DNA from: Acidobacteriota bacterium
GTDB lineage: Bacteria > Acidobacteriota > Vicinamibacteria > Vicinamibacterales > UBA2999
Length of the DNA stretch: 64,000 nucleotides
Assembly: GCA_016871195.1 (NCBI GenBank)
Contig: VFZN01000006.1
Location: 81,489 to 145,488, forward strand
Direction of reading: 5' to 3'
Shown here: positions 8,872 through 22,498 of the stretch, piece after piece
How positions within the stretch are numbered: position 1 is the stretch's first letter
Layout of the letters: each line of letters starts with the position of its first letter
Position numbers and translations under genes: made by a program
Notes under the pieces: model-generated
Told to the model about the DNA's origin: nothing
The model's database searches: none
The model's input: the letters and a program-made list of their open reading frames with translations, nothing else

Positions 8872-9277
8872 CGGTCGCCTTCGGTGGTGCCGGCGAATCG
8901 ACCAGGGCGTTCAGTTCGGGATGTGCCTCGCGCTCGGTGTGCAGTTCCTGAATGATCTGCTCGATGCGGTCGGCCGCCTCGATCGACTCGTCGTACTGAA
9001 ACTTGAGTTCGGGCACCCGGCGCAGCATGAGGCGCTGGCTCAGCAGATGTCTGAGGTAGGGAATGGTCCGGTGCAACGCCTTGGTGGTGACCTGACGCTC
9101 TTTCTCGTCACCGAGGGCCGTCCAGTAGACCCGTGCCAGCGAGAGATCGGCGGTCACCTTGACCCGTGTCAGGGTGACCAGGCCGACACCAGGATCGGCC
9201 ACTTCCGTGGCCAGCATCTGGCTCAGTTCCTCGCGGATCTGTTCAGCGATCCGCTCGACGCGGTGGGCCAGCGCCAT
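8855..9277 (-). CDS. rbfA: Ribosome-binding factor A
   Basis: RVERIAEQIREELSQML...GLVTLTRVKVTADLSLARVYW; position after infB. Confidence 0.92.
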   Translation of the reverse strand: MALAHRVERIAEQIREELSQMLATEVADPGVGLVTLTRVKVTADLSLARVYWTALGDEKERQVTTKALHRTIPYLRHLLSQRLMLRRVPELKFQYDESIEAADRIEQIIQELHTEREAHPELNALVDSPAPPKATDDSVK

Positions 9278-9286
9278 GACAGCCGC

Positions 9287-12205
<2,919 letters not shown>

Positions 12206-12232
12206 TCGTAGTGTGTACTCTCGACTTCCAGA

Positions 12233-13387
<1,155 letters not shown>

Positions 13388-13393
13388 GTCAGC

Positions 13394-13888
13394 TTAGAAC
13401 TCCACATCGAGACGGGCGCGGGCGATCTGCCCCATCGGCATCCGCACCAGTCGACCCCCCTCTGACTCAAACAGCACCTCGTCGCCGTCGACGCCCCGCA
13501 GGTGGCCGACGAAGGCCGTCTGCCGATCAATCGGCGCGCTCAGCACCACCTTGGCCCGCCGTCCGGTGAACCGACGATAGTCGGCGATGCCGCGCAGCGG
13601 GCGATCCAGTCCCGGCGATGACACCTCCAGGGTGTAGCTATCGACCGGCACCACTTCTTCCACGTCGAGCAGGGCGCTCAGTTCCTCGCTGACCCTGGCG
13701 CACTCGTCGAGACTGACGCTGTCGGCTGCCGAGGCCGACGGGCCCGGCTTATCAAGAAACACACGCAACACCTGCGTGCGCCCCTCGCGGCGCAGTTCCA
13801 CGTCGAAAATCTCGAGACCGTAACTGGCGGCTACCCGCGCCGCCAGCGTTCGCACCTGTTCCAGCGGGCCCACAACAAGCCCCCACAA
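13394..13888 (-). CDS. rimP: Ribosome maturation factor RimP
   Basis: LEVSSPGLDRPL motif; position before nusA. The ORF-track start at 13888 is TTG inside a U-tract, so GTG at 13873 is an equally plausible start. Confidence 0.88.
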   Translation of the reverse strand: MWGLVVGPLEQVRTLAARVAASYGLEIFDVELRREGRTQVLRVFLDKPGPSASAADSVSLDECARVSEELSALLDVEEVVPVDSYTLEVSSPGLDRPLRGIADYRRFTGRRAKVVLSAPIDRQTAFVGHLRGVDGDEVLFESEGGRLVRMPMGQIARARLDVEF

Positions 13889-13918
13889 ACAAAAAAGAGC
13901 GGGCTACAAGGCCCACTC
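13886..13918 (-). terminator. Intrinsic-terminator-like hairpin plus U-tract directly upstream of rimP
   Basis: Minus-strand RNA GAGUGGGC-CUUGU-GCCCGCUC (8 bp, one G-U) followed by UUUUUUGUUUG. Confidence 0.6.
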
Positions 13919-14000
13919 TGGTTATCCAGCCTTAGAACCGAACCCTCATGATAGCACAGGGGGAACACTGTCCCCCGAAGCGCCCGGCGGGCCGACCGGG

Positions 14001-15440
14001 TCAGGCGACGGGGCGGCCGACCAGGTCGTAGGCGTCTGCACCGACAATCTCCACGGGCAGCCGCCGGCCCGGGACCAGCAGGTCGAGCTCGGCCTCGGTC
14101 AGATAGACCACCGGATCGATCTCGGGGGCCTGTCCCTCGAGGCGGGCGCGCCACACCCAGTCGTGTTCGGGTGACGGGCCGTCGATCATGACGTCGACCA
14201 CCTCACCCACACGGGCGGCCTGCCTGCGGGTGACCAGCGCCTGCTGGGTGGTCATCAGCCGCGCCTGCCGGGCAGCCTTCTCGTCGGCCGGCACGTCATC
14301 GACCAGCGCATAGGCGGATGTGCCTTCCTCGTGCGAGTAGGTGAAGACCCCCACATGGTCGAAATCCATCGTGCGGATGAAGTCGTCGAGGATATCGACG
14401 TCGGCCGCTGTTTCGCCGGGGAAGCCGGTAATGAATGTGGTGCGGAGCGTGACCCCCGGAATGCGTGCCCGGATGTTCGTGAGCAGGCGTTCGTAGGACG
14501 CCCGGGTGCCCGGCCGCTTCATGCGGCACAGCACTTCATCGGAGGCATGCTGCAGGGGCAGGTCGATGTACTTGCACACCTTGTCGAGAGTCGCCACGGC
14601 CTCGATCACCTCGTCGGTGATGGTGGTTGGATAGAGATACAGCATCCGGATCCACTCGAGCCCCTCAACATCATTCAGGGCCCGCAGCAGCGCCGGCAGT
14701 TCGCCACGGGCACCGCGGTCAATGCCGTAGAACGTGGTGTCCTGGGAAATCAGCAGCAGTTCGCGCACGCCGTCCGCCGCCAGCTGCCGTGCCTCGCGAA
14801 CAATCGAGTCAATCGACCGGCTGCGATAGTGGCCGCGCATCTTGGGAATGATGCAGAAGGCGCACTTGTAGTCGCAGCCTTCCGCAATCTTCACGTAGGC
14901 GTAGTGTCCCGGAGTGGCCCGACGCCGGGGGGTCTCGGCGTCGTAGAGGTACGTGGGCAGGTCGAGGCCGAACACCGGGGTGTCGGCCGCGGTGGCTTCC
15001 GGCACGCCCGCGACAGCGGGTGAGGCGGCCGATTCGTCGCGTCGGTAGAACCGCAGGGGGGCCACACCCGTGGTGACGTCCGCGGCACGGTCGGCGTGCG
15101 GCGAAAGTAGATCGACCAGGCCGGTGACTTCGCCCGTCCCGAGGACGGCATCAATCTCGGGAATCTCGGCCTGCAGCTCTGACCGATACCGCTCGGCCAT
15201 GCATCCGGCGACGACCAGGCGTCGACCCGGGGCGGCCTTCTTGAGCTCGGCCATCTCGAGGATGGCATCAATGGATTCCTGCTTCGCCCGGTCGATGAAG
15301 GCGCACGTATTCACGACGAGGACGTCGGCGTCGGTGGCCTCGGCGGTGACGACATGGCCGGCCTGCTCGGCCAGGCCCAGCATGACTTCCGAGTCGACCA
15401 GATTTTTCGGGCAGCCCAGCGACACGACGCCAATCTTCAC
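14001..15440 (-). CDS. rimO: Ribosomal protein S12 methylthiotransferase RimO
   Basis: GTG at 15440 (VKIGVVSLGCPKNLVDSE) with AAGGAG upstream. Radical-SAM CDYKCAFC. C-terminal TRAM region. The upstream 129 codons of the ORF-track model are Arg/Pro-rich and not credible. Confidence 0.9.
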   Translation of the reverse strand: MKIGVVSLGCPKNLVDSEVMLGLAEQAGHVVTAEATDADVLVVNTCAFIDRAKQESIDAILEMAELKKAAPGRRLVVAGCMAERYRSELQAEIPEIDAVLGTGEVTGLVDLLSPHADRAADVTTGVAPLRFYRRDESAASPAVAGVPEATAADTPVFGLDLPTYLYDAETPRRRATPGHYAYVKIAEGCDYKCAFCIIPKMRGHYRSRSIDSIVREARQLAADGVRELLLISQDTTFYGIDRGARGELPALLRALNDVEGLEWIRMLYLYPTTITDEVIEAVATLDKVCKYIDLPLQHASDEVLCRMKRPGTRASYERLLTNIRARIPGVTLRTTFITGFPGETAADVDILDDFIRTMDFDHVGVFTYSHEEGTSAYALVDDVPADEKAARQARLMTTQQALVTRRQAARVGEVVDVMIDGPSPEHDWVWRARLEGQAPEIDPVVYLTEAELDLLVPGRRLPVEIVGADAYDLVGRPVA

Positions 15441-15481
15441 GGAACGCACTTCTCCTTGCCGGCGATGATGAGGCCGGACAC

Positions 15482-16780
15482 TCAGGGGTAGAGCCGATAC
15501 AGCATGCGCGGATACGGGATGGTCTCGCGCACATGCTCGAGCCCGCAAACCCAGCTGACGCACCGTTCGACGCCCATGCCGAAGCCGCCGTGCGGCACCG
15601 ACCCGTAGCGCCTGAGGTCGAGGTACCACTCGAAAGCCTCGGGCGGCAGGTCGTGTTCGCGGATGCGCTGCAGCAGCAGGTCGTAGTCGTCGAGGCGTTG
15701 GCCGCCGCCGATGATTTCCCCGTATCCCTCCGGTGCCAGCACGTCGACGCACAGGGCACGATCGGGTTGCTCCGGGTCGGGCTTCATGTAGAACGCCTTC
15801 ACCGCGGCGGGGTAGTGGGTGACGCACACGGGGCGATCGAACTGCTCGGAGAGCACCGTTTCGTCAGTGCCACCAAGGTCTCCACCCACCTCGAAGGGCA
15901 GGCCCTTGTCGAGCAGGATGCGGGCCGCCTCGTCGTAGTGGAGGCGCGGGAACGGCGCCTTCACGGCTTCGAGAGTCGTGGTCTTGCGCTCGAGAATGGC
16001 CAGTTCCTTCTGTCGGCGGTCGAGGACGCGTCCGACCACCGCGGTGACCAGGCGCTCGGCCAGGGCGATGACATCGTCCAACGTGGCGTACGCCATTTCC
16101 GGCTCGACCATCCAGAACTCGGTCAGGTGCCGGCGGGTCTTGCTTTTCTCGGCGCGGAAGGTGGGCCCGAAGGCGTACACCTTTCCGAGGGCCATGGCGT
16201 TCGCTTCGTTGTAGAGCTGTCCGCTCTGGGTGAGATAGGCGGTGGTGTCGTCGAAGTACTGCACCGGGAACAGCGTGGTCGTTCCCTCGCAGGCGGCCGG
16301 CGTGAAGATCGGCGTGTCGGCGAGGATGAATCCCTCGCCGTTGAAGAAGTCGCGGATGCCGTTGATCACCTCGTGCCGCACCTTGAGGATCGCAGTCTGC
16401 CGGTCAGCGCGAATCCAGAGATGCCGACGATCCATCAGGTAGTCGACGCCGTGTTCTTTCGGGGTGATGGGATAGTCGTGCGAGGCCCCTACCACGGTCA
16501 GGCCGCTGGCGATCAGCTCAAAGCCGCCCTTGGCACGCGCGTCGGCACGCACCAGACCGGTGACGGTGATGGCCGTCTCCTGCCCGAGATGGTCGGCGGT
16601 GGCGAACACCTCATCGCCGATGTCACTGCGGCCCATGACGACCTGAAGGAAGCCCGTGCCGTCGCGCACCAGCAGGAAATGGATCTTGCCGCTGGAGCGG
16701 CGGTTGACCAGCCAGCCCTTGAGCGTGACGGTCTCGCCGACGTGTGCGCCGACGCTGTCAATGTAAACCTGCGGTCCCAT
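15482..16780 (-). CDS. asnS: Asparagine--tRNA ligase
   Basis: 432 aa class IIb aa[26 protein letters not shown] and [10 protein letters not shown] motifs fit AsnRS better than AspRS. Confidence 0.88.
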   Translation of the reverse strand: MGPQVYIDSVGAHVGETVTLKGWLVNRRSSGKIHFLLVRDGTGFLQVVMGRSDIGDEVFATADHLGQETAITVTGLVRADARAKGGFELIASGLTVVGASHDYPITPKEHGVDYLMDRRHLWIRADRQTAILKVRHEVINGIRDFFNGEGFILADTPIFTPAACEGTTTLFPVQYFDDTTAYLTQSGQLYNEANAMALGKVYAFGPTFRAEKSKTRRHLTEFWMVEPEMAYATLDDVIALAERLVTAVVGRVLDRRQKELAILERKTTTLEAVKAPFPRLHYDEAARILLDKGLPFEVGGDLGGTDETVLSEQFDRPVCVTHYPAAVKAFYMKPDPEQPDRALCVDVLAPEGYGEIIGGGQRLDDYDLLLQRIREHDLPPEAFEWYLDLRRYGSVPHGGFGMGVERCVSWVCGLEHVRETIPYPRMLYRLYP

Positions 16781-17623
16781 TTACGGCTCCATCTCCAGTG
16801 CCCGTGCCAGTGTGCGGCGTGCGACTGCGGCGGCCGCGAGTATGTCCGCCGGCGCCGTGGACGGGCCAAGCTCGAACACGAAGGCCCCGTCGTAGCCCAC
16901 CTTCTGGAAGGCCAGCATCGCGGCGTCCCACTCAATGGTGCCACGTCCCGGCACCAGATGCTCGTCGCGCCGCCCGTGGTTGTCGTGCAGGTGCGTCGTG
17001 TGCAGGTGTCCCGAGCAGAGTTCGATGGCCTCGGTGACGTCGCCCCAGAGGTGTGCGTGTCCGGTGTCGAGGCAGATGCCCACGGTGCGGCGCTCGAGCA
17101 CATCTTCGATGAGGGTGACGAGTGCCCCGGGATGCGACAGCGCATTCGGAATGACCTCGAGCGCCAGGTGCACCCCCAGCGACTCGGCCGCGTCCGCCAG
17201 CGTCGCGAGGCTGCGCTGCGCAGCAGACCGCTGGGTGAGGGCTGGCATGGCATCGGGTACGCCCAGGTGCACCACCAGATGGCGGAAGGGCACACGGCTA
17301 GCGACGGTCATGGCGGCCAGCGTTTCGTCCACCGCCTGCCGCCTGCGGGATTCATCCGGGTCTGCAATCGACAGCGTGGGGCCCCAGACACCGTCGGTGA
17401 AACTGGTGGTCGTGGGCGCATGCAGGCCATGCAGCACCAGACCGAGGTCGGCCAGTGCCTGTCCGACCTCGTCCACGTGCGCGGCGTCGCGGTAATCGAA
17501 GTGCGACCGGGTGGCGTAGACCTCAATCACGGAGAAGCCGTGCCCGGCCGCCAGCGTCAGGTGCGCGGATGACAGGCGGCTGCCATGAAACAGGTGTGTG
17601 GACAGGCCGAACGCGGCGGGCAC
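16781..17623 (-). CDS. Xylose-isomerase-like TIM-barrel protein (sugar phosphate isomerase/epimerase family)
   Basis: GTG at 17623 (VPAAFGLSTHLF). HLHDNHGRRDEHLVPGRGTIEWDA is a metal-binding motif typical of the family. Its stop codon abuts the asnS ATG (TAAATG). Confidence 0.75.
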   Translation of the reverse strand: MPAAFGLSTHLFHGSRLSSAHLTLAAGHGFSVIEVYATRSHFDYRDAAHVDEVGQALADLGLVLHGLHAPTTTSFTDGVWGPTLSIADPDESRRRQAVDETLAAMTVASRVPFRHLVVHLGVPDAMPALTQRSAAQRSLATLADAAESLGVHLALEVIPNALSHPGALVTLIEDVLERRTVGICLDTGHAHLWGDVTEAIELCSGHLHTTHLHDNHGRRDEHLVPGRGTIEWDAAMLAFQKVGYDGAFVFELGPSTAPADILAAAAVARRTLARALEMEP

Positions 17624-17633
17624 TCTGGTGATC

Positions 17634-18659
17634 CTATCGCAGCTCGGCGAGGCAGTCGGCCAGCAGCGTGTGCAGCCGGCCGAAGCGCGGTGCTGTCTGC
17701 AGGGCCTGGCGGACGTAACTGAGTGTGCGCGGCATGTACTGGATGTACACCGTGTTGCCGCGCGCAGTGGTCTGGTAGCCAAACGTGCCGAGCGCCTTCA
17801 GGTTGCGCTGCAGGGCCATCAGTTCGAATCGGCGGCGGAACTCGATGTGCGCGGCCGCGCCTGTTCCGGAGGTGCCGCGTGTGAGGGCCTCGAAGTAGGC
17901 CAGCAGCTCGTCGACCTGCGTCGCGGGCAAGTCGACATACGAATCGCGCAGCAGGGACGCGAGATCGTACGTGTCGGGTCCCATCCGGGCGTCCTGGAAA
18001 TCGATGATGTGCAGGCGCCCGTCGTGCAGCATCAGGTTCCGGCTGTGGTAATCGCGGTGGCACAGCACGCGCGGCTCGGCGGCGAGTTCCTCAACGATCG
18101 TCGTCCACTCGTGGCGGAACGCCTCACGCTGGGTCTCGCTGAGTGCCAGGCCCCGATAGGCGGCGAGGTAGTGCTTGACGAAGAACTCAAGCTCCCAGGT
18201 CAGCTTGTCGACGTCGAAGGCTACGGTGTACGGCGGGTAGTCGCGCGACTCGTGCTGTGCCCCGCGCGTCTGCAGGGCGGCGATGAGTTCCACGGCTTCC
18301 CGATAGAGGGCCGCATGCTCGGCAGGGCTAGCGACGCCGAGATGCGCCTGCAGGGTGACATCTCCCAGGTCCTGCTGGACCAGAATGCCCAGGGCATCGT
18401 CATGGCCGAGGATGGCGGGCACGGGCAGCGAGAGCGAGCGCATCAGCTCGGCGACACGCACGAAGGGGAGCGTCGCCGCATCGATGGCACCGATGTGCAG
18501 GGCCAGTACCTGTGGCGATTCGTCCCGAACGAGCAGGCGGAAGTACCGGCGGTCAGAGGCATCGCCTGTGAGCGGCACCACCTGAGCGATGCGTCCGGCG
18601 AGTCCGGGGCGCGACAGATACTGTCCGATGCGGGAATCCATGTCAGAAGGGGACGACAC
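17634..18659 (-). CDS. APH-fold phosphotransferase, AmgK-like anomeric sugar kinase candidate
   Basis: Catalytic loop HRDYHSRNLM and IIDFQDA (DFG-like). About 340 aa. Overlaps the upstream nucleotidyltransferase gene by 17 nt. Confidence 0.65.
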   Translation of the reverse strand: MSSPSDMDSRIGQYLSRPGLAGRIAQVVPLTGDASDRRYFRLLVRDESPQVLALHIGAIDAATLPFVRVAELMRSLSLPVPAILGHDDALGILVQQDLGDVTLQAHLGVASPAEHAALYREAVELIAALQTRGAQHESRDYPPYTVAFDVDKLTWELEFFVKHYLAAYRGLALSETQREAFRHEWTTIVEELAAEPRVLCHRDYHSRNLMLHDGRLHIIDFQDARMGPDTYDLASLLRDSYVDLPATQVDELLAYFEALTRGTSGTGAAAHIEFRRRFELMALQRNLKALGTFGYQTTARGNTVYIQYMPRTLSYVRQALQTAPRFGRLHTLLADCLAELR

Positions 18660-19569
18660 CGTCTGGGGTCAGTACCTGACGATCGTAGCGCATCCCCGGG
18701 GCAACCCTCACGCCACTGGTCACGATGCAGTGCGACAGGACGGTGCCGACCCCGATGTGCACGTCGTCCCAGAGGACACAGTCGGTCAGTGAGGCTGCCG
18801 CATCGATCTGACACCGGGCCCCCTGCACGAGGCGTGCATGCTGGTCACTGGCCAGCGCCAGCGACGTCTTGAGGTACTCGGCGGGCGTGCCGATGTCGTG
18901 GAACGAGGCCGCCGTCGGCCACAGCCGGATGCTGCCTGGGTGCTGTCTGGCGAGGGGCAAATACCGGTCCGTCAGCACGTCGGAGGGATGCCGGGTCGAG
19001 ACCCCGCTGAAGACCGATGCGTTCACTGCTTGGACACCCACAAAGTGCCAGAGCTGGCGTGTGCCGGAGACGGCGGTGCCTCGCGGCACTCGACCCTCGA
19101 GGGCGCCAGCATCTGAGGCGGCCAGGGCGTTGTAGCGGGTGATGTCGGCAGCGGTGACTGCGAGCGTCGCTGCCGCACCCGAGTGCAGGTGCGCCGCGGT
19201 GAGCGCGTGGAGATCGATATCGGTGAGTGTGTCGCCGTTGAGGATGAGGAAGCGGTCGTGGGCGAGCAGGGGCAGCGCCCAGGCTGGGCCTCCGCCGGAC
19301 CCGAGAATCGCGGGTTCCCATGAATACGAGACGTGAAGATTCCATGGGCGACCATCGCCGACAATCGCGGTGATCGAGTCGGCATGCGCGTGCAGGTTGA
19401 TGACCACGCGCCGGATGCCGGCATCCTGCAGATGGTCGAGGATGCGTGCGATCAGGGGCCGGCCTGCCACAGGTATCGAGGGTTTGGCCCGGCGCGCGGT
19501 GAGCGGCGCCAGGCGGGTACCGCGGCCGGCCGCCAGAATCAGCGCCGGCCAGGACGAGGCGTTGCGCAT
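18643..19569 (-). CDS. Sugar-1-phosphate nucleotidyltransferase with C-terminal left-handed beta-helix region
   Basis: N-terminal LILAAGRGTRLAPLT...KP (GxGTRL signature). The C-terminal region looks hexapeptide-repeat-like. Confidence 0.75.
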   Translation of the reverse strand: MRNASSWPALILAAGRGTRLAPLTARRAKPSIPVAGRPLIARILDHLQDAGIRRVVINLHAHADSITAIVGDGRPWNLHVSYSWEPAILGSGGGPAWALPLLAHDRFLILNGDTLTDIDLHALTAAHLHSGAAATLAVTAADITRYNALAASDAGALEGRVPRGTAVSGTRQLWHFVGVQAVNASVFSGVSTRHPSDVLTDRYLPLARQHPGSIRLWPTAASFHDIGTPAEYLKTSLALASDQHARLVQGARCQIDAAASLTDCVLWDDVHIGVGTVLSHCIVTSGVRVAPGMRYDRQVLTPDGVVPF

Positions 19570-19590
19570 GCAGGGGACTGAGCGTGAAGC

Positions 19591-19630
19591 GGCCGAGGTG
19601 CCCCTGCGCGACGGCGAGGGGACCCCGGCC
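19591..19630. repeat. Imperfect GC-rich palindrome after htrA sharing the GTGCCCCTGCGCG core (copy 3)
   Basis: ggccgaGGTGCCCCTGCGCGacggcgaggggaccccggcc; outer GGCCG/CGGCC and inner CCCCU/AGGGG pairings. Confidence 0.45.
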
Positions 19631-19639
19631 GATGAGGTG

Positions 19640-21199
19640 TCAGCGCTTGCGGACGGTCACGAACGTTTCCTGACCGCCGCGCAAAATCAGGAAGAATGCC
19701 GTGCTGCCGTCAGACACGCTGTCGAGCAGGCGCCTCGCCTCGCCGGGCGTCTTCACGGCGCGACGGTTAATCTGCAGGATGACGTCGCCTCGCGCCAGTC
19801 CCCCGCGCTGTGCGGGGCTGCCCTGTTCGATGGCGGTGACGAGCACGCCTTCCGTGTCGGTTGGAATGCGCATGCGGCGCATGATGTCCGCGCTCAGGCT
19901 GCCCATGGTGAGCCCGAAACCGGTGTCTTCCTGCGTTTCCGACTCGTCGCGGCGCTCGCGGGTGGGTTCGCTGGTGGCGGTGGTTTCGGCCTCGAGGTTG
20001 AGTTCGTCGACGGTCAGGTTGAGGGTGCGCTCCTTCTTGTCGCGCAGCACCTTGATGGGCACGGTGGTGCCGGGGCGGGTGCTGGTCACATAGCCCACGA
20101 GGTTATCCCGGTCCTTGACGCGCTTGCCCCCGAACTCGATCACCACGTCGCCGGGTTCGAGGCCCGCCTTCGCTGCCGGACCGCCGGGGTTGACCACGGC
20201 CACCAGGGCACCGCGCCGCTCGGACAGGCCGAATTCGGCGAGGGCGTCAGCGGGCACCGGCAGAACCTGCACGCCGATGACCCCGCGGGTCACCTTGCCG
20301 CTGCGCAGCTGCGGCAGCAGTTCGCGCACGGTGTTAATGGGCACGGCAAAGCCGATGCCGATGTTGCCCTGCTGCCGGGCATCGGTGTAGATGGCGGTGT
20401 TGATGCCGACCACCTCGCCGCGCACATTCAGCAGCGGCCCACCGGAGTTGCCAGGGTTGATCGCGGCGTCGGTCTGCAGCACATCCTGCGAGCGGCCGTC
20501 GGTGATGGGGAACGGGCGTTCCTTGGCGCTGATGACGCCCACACTGACCGTGTGCGCCAGACCGAAGGGATTCCCTATGGCCATGACCCAGTCGCCGGGT
20601 TCCATCATCGATGAGTCGCCGAACTTCACCTCGGTGAGAGGCGACTTGGGCAGTTCGACCAGCTGGATGAGGGCACTGTCCGTCAGCGGGTCGCGGCCGA
20701 CGATCTTGGCCTCATGGTAGACATCCGGGTCTTCGTCGAACAGCGACACCTCGATCTTGGTGGCGTCCTCGACCACGTGGTTGTTGGTGAGGATGAAGCC
20801 CTCTTTGGCGCTGATGATGAATCCGGTGCCGGCTGCCTGGGTCTCCTGCTCGCGTGGACGCTCGTTCTGGCGTCCACGTCCGCCGCCTCCACCGAAGAAT
20901 CGCTCGAGCAGCTCGTCGCTGCTGCCACCTCCGCCGAAAAACTCGGACATGTCCTGGGCCTGACGTTTCGAGGTAGAGCGAATGTTCACCACGGACGGAG
21001 ACACCGCCTTGGCAATCGTGCGGAAGGTCGAGGCATCGACCGGGCCACTCAGCGGCGCGCTGTTCATCGGCGGCAGGGTCATCGTCTGGGCGGCCGAGTC
21101 GGGCGACAGCCCGAGGCGCGAAGCGATGACCATGCCGACGGCCAGCGAGGCCACCGACAGCAGCAGAGCGTAGAACAGTGTGGTTTTGCGCGTAGACAT
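19640..21199 (-). CDS. htrA: HtrA/DegP-family periplasmic serine protease with two PDZ domains
   Basis: Signal anchor. Trypsin-like domain with GNSGGPLLN. Two PDZ-like regions. AGGAGG SD. Confidence 0.93.
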   Translation of the reverse strand: MSTRKTTLFYALLLSVASLAVGMVIASRLGLSPDSAAQTMTLPPMNSAPLSGPVDASTFRTIAKAVSPSVVNIRSTSKRQAQDMSEFFGGGGSSDELLERFFGGGGGRGRQNERPREQETQAAGTGFIISAKEGFILTNNHVVEDATKIEVSLFDEDPDVYHEAKIVGRDPLTDSALIQLVELPKSPLTEVKFGDSSMMEPGDWVMAIGNPFGLAHTVSVGVISAKERPFPITDGRSQDVLQTDAAINPGNSGGPLLNVRGEVVGINTAIYTDARQQGNIGIGFAVPINTVRELLPQLRSGKVTRGVIGVQVLPVPADALAEFGLSERRGALVAVVNPGGPAAKAGLEPGDVVIEFGGKRVKDRDNLVGYVTSTRPGTTVPIKVLRDKKERTLNLTVDELNLEAETTATSEPTRERRDESETQEDTGFGLTMGSLSADIMRRMRIPTDTEGVLVTAIEQGSPAQRGGLARGDVILQINRRAVKTPGEARRLLDSVSDGSTAFFLILRGGQETFVTVRKR

Positions 21200-21214
21200 A
21201 TTCCTCCTTGACCC

Positions 21215-22399
21215 CTACACGATCGAGACCAGCGTGGTCTGGCAGGCGCCGGTCGGCATCGGGCCGTCGGGTGTCCAGACCACGTTGATTTCCGTACGGA
21301 CACCGAAGTCACTGAAGTAGACCCCGGGTTCAATGGTGAACACGCTGCCGGGCATCAATCGACGGGCATCGTGCGTCTCGTAATCGTCGAGGTGGGCCCC
21401 ATTGCCGTGGACCTCCTTGCCGAGACTGTGTCCGGTGCGGTGGAGCACGGCCTCTCCATAGCCGGCGCCGATCAGCACCGCCCGTGCCGCCCGGTCGAGG
21501 GCAAATCCCCGCACGGCCTCGCCAGCATGGGCACCGTGCTGTGCCAGCCTCAGGGCGGCGTCCCGTGCCTCGACGACAGCGGCGAAGGCCCGGGCCATGC
21601 GTTCCGGGGGCGTGACACCCGTGTACCCCACCCAGGTAATGTCAGCGTAGATGCTGTCCGGCGCTGTGGTCTTGCCCCACAGGTCGATGAGCAGCAGCTC
21701 GTCGCGCTGAATGGCCCGGTGCCGACTGGCTGTCGGCACGTAGTGCGGCTCGCCGGCATTTTCCTGGGCCGACACATTCGGCGGTGAGCCCGAGCGCAAC
21801 CCCTCGGCCTTGAACCAGCCCATCATGGCCTGCTGCACGTCGAACTCGGTGACGGGCCGCCCCGTTCGCAGCTGCTCTGCCACGAATGCGAACGCCTGGT
21901 CCTTGATGCGATAGAGGGCGTCGGAGGCCGTGCGGTGCGTCGCAATGGCGTCAGCCCCCCAGAGGCCGTCGAACCGCTGCACCAAATCGCCGCTCGACAC
22001 CACCTCAACATCCGTGCTGCGCACCAGTTCGATGGTGCCGGCGTCAACACGCGACACATAGGGAATGGCGTTGCCCGGCGAGTATTCCATGGCCACCCGG
22101 CTCAGCCCGGCGGTCAGGCGCGCCAGACCCGCTTCGAGCTGCTCGCGGCCAGCGTACACGACCGAATCACCCGGCAGGTGCGAGAGATTGTGACGTTCGA
22201 TGGCGTGCACCAGGGCGACCGGCGCGCCCGTGGCCGGAATGAGGTAGAACCAGCGGCGGGTGACGAGGTGACCGGTGGCACGGTCGAGACCGGCCATACG
22301 GACGGCGATGGGGTTGAGTCCCCGGAAGTCATAGAGCAGCCAGCCGTCCAGCCCCTCATCTTTCAGCGCTTGCTGCACCGCTTCCACATTCACGGCCAT
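21215..22399 (-). CDS. M24-family Xaa-Pro aminopeptidase/dipeptidase
   Basis: ATG at 22399 (MAVNVEAVQQ). C-terminal pita-bread motifs HRTGHSLG and FTIEPG. Confidence 0.85.
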   Translation of the reverse strand: MAVNVEAVQQALKDEGLDGWLLYDFRGLNPIAVRMAGLDRATGHLVTRRWFYLIPATGAPVALVHAIERHNLSHLPGDSVVYAGREQLEAGLARLTAGLSRVAMEYSPGNAIPYVSRVDAGTIELVRSTDVEVVSSGDLVQRFDGLWGADAIATHRTASDALYRIKDQAFAFVAEQLRTGRPVTEFDVQQAMMGWFKAEGLRSGSPPNVSAQENAGEPHYVPTASRHRAIQRDELLLIDLWGKTTAPDSIYADITWVGYTGVTPPERMARAFAAVVEARDAALRLAQHGAHAGEAVRGFALDRAARAVLIGAGYGEAVLHRTGHSLGKEVHGNGAHLDDYETHDARRLMPGSVFTIEPGVYFSDFGVRTEINVVWTPDGPMPTGACQTTLVSIV

Positions 22400-22498
22400 A
22401 ATCCTCGAAGTATAGTCCTCACTATCGTAGGACGCAGCCGGAAGGGACAAAGTTTGCCCGGCGGAAACCGGGTCCCCTGCCACCTCGTCGATAGAAGT

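Noticed and set aside
15533-17572. Very long ORFs antisense to recognised genes. Examples: 15533-17572 (+, 679 aa), 37292-39445 (-, 717 aa), 4960-6531 (+), 9626-11125 (+), 33303-34829 (+), 50029-51519 (-), 48051-49400 (-), 17598-18872 (+), 19370-20614 (+), 30955-31977 (-), 63193-63966 (-).
   Set aside because: Each lies fully opposite a gene with strong conserved motifs. Their products are Arg/Gly/Ala/Pro/His-rich low-complexity strings with no motifs. Stop-codon-free mirror frames are expected in DNA this GC-rich.
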